Shown: one piece after another, positions 45,075 to 54,790 of the stretch
Layout of the letters: every line of letters begins with the position of its first letter
Position numbering within the stretch: the stretch's first letter is position 1
From: an uncultured Candidatus Bathyarchaeia archaeon
Lineage (GTDB): Archaea; Thermoproteota; Bathyarchaeia; Bathyarchaeales; Bathyarchaeaceae
Length of the DNA: 64,000 nucleotides
NCBI GenBank assembly: GCA_964399485.1
Contig: CAYNQS010000007.1
Span: forward strand, 12,662-76,661
Direction: 5' to 3'
Notes under the pieces: generated by a model
Database searches by the model: none
What the model was told of the DNA's origin: nothing
The model's input: the letters and a program-made list of their open reading frames with translations, nothing else
Translations under genes and position numbers: made by a program

Positions 45075-46520
45075 ATGCCTGTTATAACTGGTGTAACCTG
45101 TCCGGTCTGCGGAACTTTTTGTGACGACATCGAAATAATTGTTGACGACAACAACCATATTATTGAGGCTCGAAATGCGTGCGCTATGGGTGCAGCGAAG
45201 TTTCTGAACTTTTCTGATCACCGTATTAAAACGCCTCTTATCAGGAAAAACGGTGAATTAGTCGAAGCTACAATGGATGAAGCTATCGAAAAGGCAGCCC
45301 ATATTCTTGTTGACGCACACTATCCAATACTGTATGGCTGGAGCAACACTTGCTGTGAAGCACAACGAGTAGGCGTAGAACTGACGGAAGAAGTCGGAGG
45401 CGTCATAGATAACACAGCAACTGTCTGTCATGGTCCCTCTATCTTGGGTATTCAATCTGTCGGTATACCGTCTGCCACTCTAGGACAGATGAGGCACCGC
45501 GCAGACCTAATCATCTACTGGGCCAGCAACCCATGGGATGCTCATCCGCGTCATCCAGAACGATACACCATGTTCTCGGATGGCAGATTCGAAAAGAGCG
45601 CATGGTCACAGTATCTTTCCAAATTGAGAGGCGAAATGTCAAAGAAGAAGATTCAAAGAGCCTCAAATCTGGTCTTGAAGAAGGACTTCAGTTTCACTGA
45701 GTACGAATCGGAAGGCTTGCCCTGTAATATGTATCAAAACAAGCGGAGAACCATTGTCATTGATGTTCGCAAGACCCGCACAGCAGATGCAGCCGACTGT
45801 TTCCTTCAGGTGGAGCCCGGCAAGGACTATGAGCTTATGCAGGCATTACGTGTACTAGTGAATGACGGAGAACTGGATGTCGATGAGGTTGCAGGAATCC
45901 CTGTTGAAACTCTCGAGGACCTTGTTGATGTCATGGTAAGCTGCAAACTAGGCATAATCTTCTTCGGATTGGGGTTAACCATGAGCAAAGGAAAACACCG
46001 CAACATAGACGTGGCAATCAGCCTCACCCGCGACTTGAACAACAGAACAAAGTTCCTCATCATGCCCATGCGGGGACACTACAACGTAACTGGAGCAAAT
46101 ATAGTCTTCACATGGCAAACAGGATACCCCTTCGCTGTTGACATGTCTAACGGATACCCCAGATACAACCCTGGCGAAACCTCATCAACCGACATTCTTC
46201 TCCGCGACGAAGCCGACGCGATGCTCGTAATTGCTTCAGATCCTGTTGCACACTTTCCAAGAGCTGCATCAAAAAACATAGCAAAGCATCCGCTCATATC
46301 TATAGACCCGGAAGTCACTCCCACCACAATGTTGGCTGATGTGATCTTGCCTCCTGCTTTCGTGGGAATCGAAACTGAAGGAACAGCATACCGCATGGAT
46401 CATGTGCCATTGCCTCTGAAGAAGGTTGTAGAACCTCCAGAAGGCTTCCTTTCCGATCAAGAAATTTTGCGCAGGATTCTTCAAAAAGTTCGAGAACTAA
46501 AAAAGAAGGGCATAAATTGA
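45075..46520 (+). CDS. fwdB: Formylmethanofuran dehydrogenase subunit B (Cys type, no in-frame TGA)
   Basis: N-terminal CPVCGTFCDD cluster motif and a MopB-like body; 481 aa. Confidence 0.9.
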   Translation: MPVITGVTCPVCGTFCDDIEIIVDDNNHIIEARNACAMGAAKFLNFSDHRIKTPLIRKNGELVEATMDEAIEKAAHILVDAHYPILYGWSNTCCEAQRVGVELTEEVGGVIDNTATVCHGPSILGIQSVGIPSATLGQMRHRADLIIYWASNPWDAHPRHPERYTMFSDGRFEKSAWSQYLSKLRGEMSKKKIQRASNLVLKKDFSFTEYESEGLPCNMYQNKRRTIVIDVRKTRTADAADCFLQVEPGKDYELMQALRVLVNDGELDVDEVAGIPVETLEDLVDVMVSCKLGIIFFGLGLTMSKGKHRNIDVAISLTRDLNNRTKFLIMPMRGHYNVTGANIVFTWQTGYPFAVDMSNGYPRYNPGETSSTDILLRDEADAMLVIASDPVAHFPRAASKNIAKHPLISIDPEVTPTTMLADVILPPAFVGIETEGTAYRMDHVPLPLKKVVEPPEGFLSDQEILRRILQKVRELKKKGIN

Positions 46521-48220
46521 CTGAACTAATCATCAAAAACGGATTCGTTTACGATCCCCTGAACCGCATCGATGGAGAAAAGATGGACATCTGCATCAGA
46601 GATGGAAAGATCGTAAAAACCGTTAAAGACTCAGCGAAGGTCGTCGACGCTTCAGGCATGATTGTTATGCCCGGAGGAATTGACATCCATACTCACATAG
46701 CCGGCGGTGAAGTTGATTCTGGACGTCTGCTAAGACCTGAAGACCACGTTAAGGATGTTGAAGTTAAAACAGCCGTGACCCGATCTGGAGTAGGCTATTC
46801 GATTCCCTCCACCTTCACAACAGGTTATCGTTACTCTCGAATGGGCTACACAACTGCCATGAATCCATCCATGGCGCCTCTTCAGGCACGCCACACTCAT
46901 GAGGAACTAAGCGACACACCCATGATTGACAAGGCAACTTATCCTCTGCTAGGAGACTGGTGGATCAGCCTAGAACACATAAGAGATGGGCTAATCAAAG
47001 AGAACGCCGCCCACATCGCATGGATGCTTAAAGCTACAAGAGGATACGCCATAAAAATCGTTAATCCCGGAGGCTTAGAAGCATGGGGCTTCGGACGAAA
47101 CGTTCACAGTATCGACGACCCTGTGCCAAACTTTGGCATAACTCCCCGCGAGATCATCCGAGGATTATGCAAAGTCAATACCATGCTTAATCTTCCTCAC
47201 ACAATTCACCTTCACACGAACAATCTTGGGCAGCCCGGAAACTATGTTACAGCTTTAGAGAGCATGAAGTGTGTAGAGGACTTGGCTAGAAAAGACAGAC
47301 CAGTTTTGCACATTACACACATTCAATTCTGCGCCTTCAAGGGCGAAGACTGGGGAAGACTAACTTCTGGAGCAGAAGACATCGCAAATTACATGAACAA
47401 TCACAGTCACGTAACCCTTGATGTTGGACAGGTGGTCTTCTCGGACACAACCACTATGACTGCTGATGGCCCATTCCAGTTTGGTCTCTATCATTTGACC
47501 GGAAACAAGTGGGTTAACCACGATGTGGAAACCGAAACTAGCGGAGGAATAGTGCCATTCACATACAAGCGGACAAGCGCTGTCCACGCGACACAGTGGT
47601 CAATCGCACTTGAGATTATGCTTCTAGTCAAGGACCCATGGAAAATCATGATGACAACAGACCATCCCAACGGCGGTCCCTTCTTCTCTTACCCCAAGAT
47701 TATGACGTGGTACATAAGCAAAGCGGCAAGAGACAAACTTTTAGGCAAAATCCACAAACGGGCAAGAAAGAAAAGTTTGCTGACCAGCATCGACAGGGAA
47801 CTCAGCCTCTACGAGCTGGCAATCGTCACGCGGGCGGGTCAAGCTAAGGCTCTCGGCTTGAAAGATAAGGGACATTTGGGAGTTGGCGCTGACGCTGACA
47901 TTGCAGTTTATAAGATAAACCCTGAACTTGCTGCCAAGAAATTCGTGTCTGCTAGAAGAGCATTCGAACGAGCGGCTTACACGATTAAAGACGGGGAAAT
48001 AGTGGTGAAGGATGGAGAAGTTGTGAAGCAGGTATTCGGAAAGACGTACTGGGTCAATGTTGAATGTGCGCGCAATCACTGCCGCAAAACGCGGGCGCAA
48101 GCAGATGCTAATATCAAAAAGAAATTCAAGGATTACTGGACTGTGGAATACGAGAATTATCCTATTCGCGAAGGCTTCTTGCATTCTTCTGCTCCTGTAG
48201 CCATCAAGGCGGAGATCTAA
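46517..48220 (+). CDS. fwdA: Formylmethanofuran dehydrogenase subunit A (amidohydrolase)
   Basis: ..MPGGIDIHTHI..; 567 aa. Its start overlaps the fwdB stop. Confidence 0.9.
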   Translation: MTELIIKNGFVYDPLNRIDGEKMDICIRDGKIVKTVKDSAKVVDASGMIVMPGGIDIHTHIAGGEVDSGRLLRPEDHVKDVEVKTAVTRSGVGYSIPSTFTTGYRYSRMGYTTAMNPSMAPLQARHTHEELSDTPMIDKATYPLLGDWWISLEHIRDGLIKENAAHIAWMLKATRGYAIKIVNPGGLEAWGFGRNVHSIDDPVPNFGITPREIIRGLCKVNTMLNLPHTIHLHTNNLGQPGNYVTALESMKCVEDLARKDRPVLHITHIQFCAFKGEDWGRLTSGAEDIANYMNNHSHVTLDVGQVVFSDTTTMTADGPFQFGLYHLTGNKWVNHDVETETSGGIVPFTYKRTSAVHATQWSIALEIMLLVKDPWKIMMTTDHPNGGPFFSYPKIMTWYISKAARDKLLGKIHKRARKKSLLTSIDRELSLYELAIVTRAGQAKALGLKDKGHLGVGADADIAVYKINPELAAKKFVSARRAFERAAYTIKDGEIVVKDGEVVKQVFGKTYWVNVECARNHCRKTRAQADANIKKKFKDYWTVEYENYPIREGFLHSSAPVAIKAEI

Positions 48221-48221
48221 A

Positions 48222-49040
48222 ATGGCAATAACCCTTATCCCAAAACGTGTGTTAAAACTTCCAATCGAAGGAAAAAACATATCTCCTGACGTTTTCGCCA
48301 AGAAATCGGCGAAAAAGATAGCTGCTCTTGAGATGTGGGAGGGCAACCGGAAACTTTCCATCGGAGACCTTTTCGACATAAAAGTGGACAACTCATCCCC
48401 AGAAGAAGTTACTATAAAGATTGAAGGCAATGTAGGTACGGTGCGAAACATTGGCTTCCGAATGTCGATGGGTCAAGTAATTGTTGACGGCAACGCTGGC
48501 ATGCATCTTGGCGAAGGAATGAGCGGCGGCAGCATAGTCGTAGCTGGTAATGCGGGTTCATGGGCGGGCTCGGAAATGAGTGAGGGAACTATAGAGATCA
48601 AAGGCAACGCAGGCAACTACATAGGTGCAGCGTATCGTGGAAGCACCAAGGGAATGAAAGAGGGAAAAGTCATAATTCACGGGAATGCTGGTCACGAAGT
48701 CGGCTGCTACATGAATGGCGGGCTCATCAAAATATTGGGCGACGTGGGCATATTCGCTGGCATCCACATGATTAATGGAACAATCTTTGTTCAAGGCACA
48801 TCACAGGGAAGGGCTGGCGCAGAGATGACTAACGGAAAAATAGTTTTGGCTGGTCATTCTGAAGATGTAATGCCCAGTTTCACTATTGAAGACATCAAAG
48901 CCAAGGTTAAGGTTGACGGCGAAAAGATCAAGGGACCCTTCTACAGATTCACTGGCGATCTAGCGGACAAAGGTAGAGGAAAACTGTACGTTTCCAAACC
49001 GAAAAACCCGTATCTAAAATCTTACGAAAAATACTTGTAA
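48222..49040 (+). CDS. fwdC: Formylmethanofuran dehydrogenase subunit C
   Basis: Repeated GNAG/G-x-x-G beta-helix repeats (GNAGMHLG, GNAGSWAG, GNAGNYIG, GNAGHEVG). Confidence 0.9.
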   Translation: MAITLIPKRVLKLPIEGKNISPDVFAKKSAKKIAALEMWEGNRKLSIGDLFDIKVDNSSPEEVTIKIEGNVGTVRNIGFRMSMGQVIVDGNAGMHLGEGMSGGSIVVAGNAGSWAGSEMSEGTIEIKGNAGNYIGAAYRGSTKGMKEGKVIIHGNAGHEVGCYMNGGLIKILGDVGIFAGIHMINGTIFVQGTSQGRAGAEMTNGKIVLAGHSEDVMPSFTIEDIKAKVKVDGEKIKGPFYRFTGDLADKGRGKLYVSKPKNPYLKSYEKYL

Positions 49041-49166
49041 AGCCTTTTCAATCCTTTAAAAGGGAGTAACGTAATTTATGGGAAGTGCAGAGATTTGAAA
49101 AAGAAATGTTTTAAGTTGGAAGGGAACAACTTATCGTGTTCTAAATAATATGTGCAAAACGGATAA

Positions 49167-50177
49167 TTGCCTAGAGGAAGCAGCTTGTCAAAGCCTGAAA
49201 TAAACCTGAATCTTTCGGCTCTATCATTAGTCAAGCGACTTTGTAACGAACCTATGAAGTATGGTGTCAGTGTAGAAGAAACAATGTCAGGTGCAACTGT
49301 TATAGATGCCGGCATCAATGCTAGAGGCGGTTTTCTCGCTGGCAAAATGGTCACTGAAATATGTTTGGGAGGATATGGACAAGCTGAGATTCTCCCTGCA
49401 CAATACGGCGATGTAGTCTTGCCGTCAATCTATGTTCAAACCGACTATCCAGCAATCGCGACTTTGGCTTCGCAGTTTGCTGGTTGGCGAATCAAGGTTG
49501 ACAAATATTCAGCCATAGGGTCTGGTCCAGCTAGGGTTTTGGCTCTTAAGCCTAAAGAGCTCTACGAGAAACTTATGTACAAAGAGAACTCGGAAGTAGC
49601 AGTTCTTGTACTTGAAACTAACAAAAAGCCTCCAGAAGATGTGATACAAAAAATTTCCAATCAATGTGGGGTTCGTCCAGAGAACCTCTTTTTGGTTTTG
49701 ATTTCTACGTCATGTTTAGCTGGGTCAACTCAGGTGTCAGGAAGAATTGTGGAAACAGGATTGCATAAACTGGAGAAATTAGGGCTACATCCTAATTTGG
49801 TTCAGTATGCATGGGGCTATGCTCCGATTATACCTCTGCACCCAAGGTTTGATGAGGCTATGGGCAGAACAAACGATGCAATATTATACGGAGGCACAGC
49901 ATACTACATAGTTAATTATGAGGATGATGATAAACTTGAAAAGCTTGTGAGGCTTGCACCTTCTTCAGCATCTAAGATGATTCAAGAGGCTAAGACTCTT
50001 GCCAAAAAGAGTCCTCGTTTTCTTGAAATCTTCAAAGAAGCTGGCTTCGACTTTTATGAAATAGATCCTAACGTGTTTGCTCCAGCCATAGTGGTAGTTA
50101 ACAACATGAGAACAGGCAAGATTTTCCGAGCTGGCAGCTTAGACATCGTTACTCTGAAAGGCTCATTTGGACTTTAA
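49167..50177 (+). CDS. mch: Methenyl-tetrahydromethanopterin cyclohydrolase
   Basis: ..LNLSALSLVKRL..GATVIDAGINARGGFLAG..AIGSGPAR... The start may be TTG 49185, which is preceded by GAGGAAG. Confidence 0.85.
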   Translation: MPRGSSLSKPEINLNLSALSLVKRLCNEPMKYGVSVEETMSGATVIDAGINARGGFLAGKMVTEICLGGYGQAEILPAQYGDVVLPSIYVQTDYPAIATLASQFAGWRIKVDKYSAIGSGPARVLALKPKELYEKLMYKENSEVAVLVLETNKKPPEDVIQKISNQCGVRPENLFLVLISTSCLAGSTQVSGRIVETGLHKLEKLGLHPNLVQYAWGYAPIIPLHPRFDEAMGRTNDAILYGGTAYYIVNYEDDDKLEKLVRLAPSSASKMIQEAKTLAKKSPRFLEIFKEAGFDFYEIDPNVFAPAIVVVNNMRTGKIFRAGSLDIVTLKGSFGL

Positions 50178-50183
50178 TATTTA

Positions 50184-52616
50184 TTATTTTGAATTTTTAC
50201 CTTTCTTTCTCCGGAAACGTAGCTTGGGTGCAAATTGCCAGACAATCCGCCCAACCTCTTTACCTTTGTATAATTGTCGAATCGAGACACCGTGTCCGTA
50301 TTTTACCTTGTCCTTACGTGGACGAATAATGAGCTTACAAGGTAGACGCGCACCTCGTGGTATCCAAACATCTTCAAATTTGATGCGAGGAAGCACAGGG
50401 AGAGCCAATCGAGAATTCTTTGCATTCTTATCTTGGATAATTTTCAATTGTTTTCTACCTTTGAAATTTCTAAGCAAACCACGAGGAACTTCAATTTCCA
50501 ATATTGTATCATGGGGTAATTTTCTCTCAATCTCAAATGAAAATAGACGTTTGCGATCCTCCGCTCCTGCTAGATTGAAGTCAAATGAAGTTGTATTTGG
50601 TGCGGTTGGCGGCGCGTTTTCTACATTGAAGTTACGCCAAGTGACGTTATTATGGGCGCGGATCATGTCTTGGAACTCACTCCAAGAAAGAGGGCCTGGT
50701 GTCGGTGGAGTTGGATCATTTAGGTGTTGTAATGTGGCGACAAAGCAGTAATGCCCTTCACCCGGTATATCTGCGTCGAGCCAATCCAATTGAGGGGACA
50801 CGGTCAATTCGTCAGTATCAGGAACTGGAGGCAGTGTTACACTACCGATCAGGTGCCACATTGATGGTGTGACTAATGTAGCGACCTCGCTCCAATATAC
50901 CGTTGCAATAACATTTGTGGCTGGTGAACCCCCTCGGTTACGAACTCTAGCGTATATTACGTGGTCAGAACCCTTTTCCACTTTTGAACCTAGTGTCTCA
51001 GAGTTCTCTGTTCCGCTTCCCTCACCAAAGGCTAGTTGAGGATCAAGAACTGGACTGGGAAGCACTATAATGTCAGGGCTCACAGAAATAGGACCTGTCC
51101 AAGGAACGATGCCGGTGTCTCCAACAGCGTCACGCATGTAAATATCAGGTAATGTTCCCAATGTTGGGACGATAGCTGCCAAGTTAGGCATAACACCGAT
51201 ATTACCGGGGACTCCAGCTCCTTGCTCCGTTCCTGTCGTCGTATCTGAGAGTATTTTTCGCATCTGAACATTGGATAGCAGTGAACCTGTTATCCCTGTT
51301 ATCGCTTTGTAGTGGGATTGTAAAAGAGCTGCTGCACCCACAATTATTGGGGATGCCGCACTAGTTCCCTCAAAACTATCTGTGTACTCTTTGTTTGGAT
51401 TGCCACCACCAGCGTCCAAATCACCATAACCCGTGGTAACAACGTTCTCACCCCAAGCAAAGCAGTCAATTCGACTACCATAGTTTGACTGCTCCCAACG
51501 ATTATTTGTCAAATCAGACTTGGAAGCACCCACCATAATTGCTCCTGAATCTACAAATTCAGCAACTAAAGTACGATTAAGCCGGTGCAGTCCTGCTACG
51601 GCGTGCGTTCCTGCTACAGTAGCCCAATCATCTAGATCATGGTTTCCATTCCCAGCAGCTTCCACTACAAGAATTCCTAATGCTGTGGCTAAACGGATTG
51701 CATCAAGACGATCATCATATATCTCTACTGGATGACATGTCCCCTCCTCTACTTCGATTAGAAGAATATCGCCAGTTGACATAACTTCTATCGCATAGAG
51801 CAGAGCATCAGATTCATTATAAATTCCATATGCTGTACCGTCGTCTGTCCAGATAGAAACCATACGGACTGATGAGATAGCAGGGGCGCAACCAACTACT
51901 CCAACTTCATTATCAGTAGCTAAGATAATCCCTAAAACCGCAGTTCCATGATCTATCCAACTTTGATGATCGTCACCATAAATATGTGTAGGATTCTTAT
52001 CGGTAAGATCTTCATGGGTCTCCAGCCAACCAAATTCTACATCAACTATACCAATGCCAGCGCCCTCTCCATTTGGTTGAGTCCACATCCAACGTGCGTC
52101 GATCCCCTCAGGAGCTGCATCTTGATAACCTTGATATTTGTTGTGTTCATCATCTCCAGGAGTAACAGTAGATGGTGTGGGTATGGGATCCTCCCAAGCC
52201 ACTTCAACCTCATTCAAGGAATTCAGCTCTTCGAGAATTATGCCGATGTTTTTCCGAGATCGTCCACGTAAGTCGATACGCCAGTACTGGGTCAGACTAT
52301 GTAAGGGCGGAAATTCAGTTTTGGCTGCTTCGTGTTCCATAGCCAGAATTTTCTCAACCGAAACCGACTGTATTAGCCGAGAGGACTTCGGTGAGTCAAA
52401 GCTTTCAATAACTTGCTCTAGCCCCTTCAACTTGAAAATTTTCGCATGCGATAGGAGATCATTAATATTCTCTATATCCCCATTTACAGGACTAGCTTCC
52501 GGTGTAAGCCGAACTATAACTATGCCAGAAAGCCTCTCCTTCTCACCTGATTTTCCTATAACAGGACGAACAGGCAATCTATGTAAGGGTTTACTTTTTT
52601 CTACTTTTTTACTCAA
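50184..52616 (-). CDS. S8 (subtilisin-family) serine peptidase, 810 aa, with no N-terminal signal peptide and a long C-terminal extension
   Basis: D-H-S triad in subtilase order: GIGIVDVEFG (Asp ~192), IDHGTAVLG (His ~223), AAGNGNHD (oxyanion Asn) and EGTSAASPIIVGAAALL (Ser ~419). The N-terminus is hydrophilic. TTG start. Confidence 0.85.
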   Translation of the reverse strand: MSKKVEKSKPLHRLPVRPVIGKSGEKERLSGIVIVRLTPEASPVNGDIENINDLLSHAKIFKLKGLEQVIESFDSPKSSRLIQSVSVEKILAMEHEAAKTEFPPLHSLTQYWRIDLRGRSRKNIGIILEELNSLNEVEVAWEDPIPTPSTVTPGDDEHNKYQGYQDAAPEGIDARWMWTQPNGEGAGIGIVDVEFGWLETHEDLTDKNPTHIYGDDHQSWIDHGTAVLGIILATDNEVGVVGCAPAISSVRMVSIWTDDGTAYGIYNESDALLYAIEVMSTGDILLIEVEEGTCHPVEIYDDRLDAIRLATALGILVVEAAGNGNHDLDDWATVAGTHAVAGLHRLNRTLVAEFVDSGAIMVGASKSDLTNNRWEQSNYGSRIDCFAWGENVVTTGYGDLDAGGGNPNKEYTDSFEGTSAASPIIVGAAALLQSHYKAITGITGSLLSNVQMRKILSDTTTGTEQGAGVPGNIGVMPNLAAIVPTLGTLPDIYMRDAVGDTGIVPWTGPISVSPDIIVLPSPVLDPQLAFGEGSGTENSETLGSKVEKGSDHVIYARVRNRGGSPATNVIATVYWSEVATLVTPSMWHLIGSVTLPPVPDTDELTVSPQLDWLDADIPGEGHYCFVATLQHLNDPTPPTPGPLSWSEFQDMIRAHNNVTWRNFNVENAPPTAPNTTSFDFNLAGAEDRKRLFSFEIERKLPHDTILEIEVPRGLLRNFKGRKQLKIIQDKNAKNSRLALPVLPRIKFEDVWIPRGARLPCKLIIRPRKDKVKYGHGVSIRQLYKGKEVGRIVWQFAPKLRFRRKKGKNSK

Positions 52617-52863
52617 CTAGCATCCCCATTACGCATTGATTTCATGCTCCCTAAATATTTTTTCTATATATTTACTTTAGAAGATTATCCGCTCTTTGTC
52701 AGAAGTATGGCAAGTTAACAATTATGGGCGATATAGTCAATGCAAGAATATTGCAGACAAGCAAGAAGCACAAGTAATCCAACTGTATGTGTGCGAGTTT
52801 TTTAGTTTACTGTATTTCGTATTGTGTGAAGGTAGGTAGATAGGAGAAAAGAAGAGAGAAAGG

Positions 52864-52905
52864 TTAAATTTTAACTTAAATTTTAACCCCAAACCCAAAC
52901 CCAAA
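52864..52905. repeat. Tandem 12-mer TTAAATTTTAAC x2 followed by (CCCAAA)x3
   Basis: Read directly: 52864-52875 and 52876-52887 are identical, followed by CCCAAA three times at 52888-52905. Confidence 0.9.
52876..52900 (+). repeat. 25-bp direct repeat, copy 1 (TTAAATTTTAACCCCAAACCCAAAC)
   Basis: Identical to 53510-53534; read directly. Confidence 0.9.
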
Positions 52906-53038
52906 GCTTCGTTGTAACCATGTACCGAAATGTGTCATTATAAAGGTAATAATATTGTAAATAACTGTTGATTATCTCCCTTCTATCACATGATAAATGT
53001 TATAACTAAAGTGGGTAATTATAATTTTAGGGGAAAAA

Positions 53039-53386
53039 ATGGTTTCGTGGGGTTTTGCTTTCAAGAAAGGTTGCATAATATTCTTATGGGCCATTTTATG
53101 GGGAATCATAGGTGGAATAATTGCCATCGCTATTAGTGGAGGAGCAATTATAGCAGCTATTGCTGCAGGATCAATTGAAGGAATCGTAGGAGCTCTTGCA
53201 GGCACTATAATAGGAATGATAATTGGTGTGCTTATCTCTAGCATAGGCACATATGCATCCATCGTCAAAGTTATTTTGGACAGCAAAGCAGGTCAAAGCG
53301 CAGAAACTCGACTATGTACTAACTGCGGTAGAACCATCTCTGCTGATCTCAAGTTTTGTCCACACTGCGGAAAATCCTCAGTTTAG
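53039..53386 (+). CDS. Gly/Ile/Ala-rich (glycine-zipper-like) membrane protein with a C-terminal zinc ribbon
   Basis: 115 aa: ..GIIGGIIAIAISGGAIIAAIAAGSIEGIVGALAGTIIGMIIG.. followed by CTNCGRTISADLKFCPHCG. Confidence 0.6.
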   Translation: MVSWGFAFKKGCIIFLWAILWGIIGGIIAIAISGGAIIAAIAAGSIEGIVGALAGTIIGMIIGVLISSIGTYASIVKVILDSKAGQSAETRLCTNCGRTISADLKFCPHCGKSSV

Positions 53387-53509
53387 TAATATTTAACTAA
53401 AAACATCAAGCTCAATTTCCCTTCAAAAACGCCCATAGTTCGCGTATTCGGCAGTTGGGTGGAGATGTCTCCATTTGTTTTCTTGCAGAAACTCCCCCTT
53501 TTTTGAGGG

Positions 53510-53534
53510 TTAAATTTTAACCCCAAACCCAAAC
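53510..53534 (+). repeat. 25-bp direct repeat, copy 2 (TTAAATTTTAACCCCAAACCCAAAC)
   Basis: Identical to 52876-52900; it lies about 100-120 nt upstream of the second PPS-like gene. Confidence 0.9.
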
Positions 53535-53656
53535 AATCCTCTCTCCACAAAAACACGCACAAAAGAACAGAAAACACTAAAAGCCTAAAGAGGAACGTTG
53601 TTCTGAAAATCCAAACATCGACCAAAAAGCAGTTGGTTCAATATGGTGGATATATA

Positions 53657-54682
53657 ATGGCAATCTCTAGAGAAAACCAATATAAAGATTTGAATTTAAT
53701 TATTAAGAAAAAAGGTAACAAAGTTCTTGAAAGATTTAGAGAAGAAATTTTTGCAGGAATTAAAAATCCCGAGTTGATTTTAATCTTAGAAGAAGTAAAA
53801 AGTTATTGGAGAGATACGTTTAGACCAGCCTTAACCCAACTTTCTTGTGAAGCCGTAGGAGGACAATCAGGAATAGCAGAAGATGCTGGTCTCGTGTTCG
53901 CCCTTGCAGCAGCAGGAGCTGGAATCCATGATGATATTGTTGACAAATCTTCCAACAAGCATTTCAAAAAAACAATTCATGGACTATGTGGGATTGATAA
54001 GACTTTGATCGTGGGAGATCTATTGATAAGCAAGGCTTGGACAATTATTAATAGAATTCTCAGAAGGGTTGGTCAACCAGTAAAAATTGCGGATATTATT
54101 GAGATTTATGGACAGTGTTCGATCAATATGTGTGAAGCTGAAATAATGGAAATTTTATGTAGAAAAAAATTGGATACCGATTTGGAATTCTATAAGGAAA
54201 TTTTATGGAACCTCAATGCTGACATGCAAGGTTGTGCAAAAATTGGAGCAATTTTAGGTAATGGATCAGATAAGGAAATCCAAAATCTAAGTGACATTGG
54301 GAGAATCCTGGGTTTCCTGTTTGCAGTTAGGACTGACATTAAGGACTCCCTAAATATAGAAGGAAATATTCTTCACAGATTAAAATATGAAAGTATCCCT
54401 CTACCAATACTTTTTTCAGCTCAAACCTCAAAGGAAAGAAAAAATGAAATCAAGTCTATTATCCAAAAAAAGAATATCCCAATTTCAGATATTAGAAAGG
54501 TTTTAGAAACCTGTTTTGATACTGAAGCATTCTTATATGTTGATAATCTAGCCAAAGAAGCTTCAGAAGAGGCTATGAGCAAATTATATGCAATTCAACC
54601 CAGCTTGGCACGAGATTTGCTTCAACAAATTATTGAGAAATCATACAGATACATATCTGAATTGAGCAATTTAGCTTTTTAA
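53657..54682 (+). CDS. Divergent polyprenyl-synthetase-like (isoprenoid synthase fold) protein, copy 2
   Basis: ..WRDTFRPALTQLSCEAVGG..AAAGAGIHDDIVDK (DDxxD at 53930-53944)..LIVGDLLISKAW... The second motif is degenerate (..FAVRTDIKDSLNIEG..). ATG 53657 is preferred over TTG 53633. Confidence 0.6.
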   Translation: MAISRENQYKDLNLIIKKKGNKVLERFREEIFAGIKNPELILILEEVKSYWRDTFRPALTQLSCEAVGGQSGIAEDAGLVFALAAAGAGIHDDIVDKSSNKHFKKTIHGLCGIDKTLIVGDLLISKAWTIINRILRRVGQPVKIADIIEIYGQCSINMCEAEIMEILCRKKLDTDLEFYKEILWNLNADMQGCAKIGAILGNGSDKEIQNLSDIGRILGFLFAVRTDIKDSLNIEGNILHRLKYESIPLPILFSAQTSKERKNEIKSIIQKKNIPISDIRKVLETCFDTEAFLYVDNLAKEASEEAMSKLYAIQPSLARDLLQQIIEKSYRYISELSNLAF

Positions 54683-54790
54683 AACAAGAATATAGAACAT
54701 GCAGCGAATAGAACATTAAAAAAATGGAATTTGCAGAGGGCAACTCGAACTTGAATAACAAGTTCAAAATCGCCCAATAAGGTATTGAGT

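Noticed and set aside
45075-46520. Selenocysteine-containing FwdB
   Set aside because: The reading frame is uninterrupted with no in-frame TGA, and a Cys occupies the expected region (..ATVCHGPS..).
47741-48451. 236-aa minus-strand ORF spanning the fwdA/fwdC junction
   Set aside because: It lies entirely antisense to two well-supported fwd genes and has no recognisable motif. It is a long shadow ORF.
50167-50751. 194-aa plus-strand ORF after mch
   Set aside because: It is antisense to the C-terminal part of the S8 peptidase gene and has a Arg/Ser-rich composition.
52864-52905. Possible CRISPR array or telomere-like repeat
   Set aside because: There are only two 12-mer units and three hexamers, with no spacer-repeat periodicity. 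No CRISPR-like array was seen anywhere in the window.
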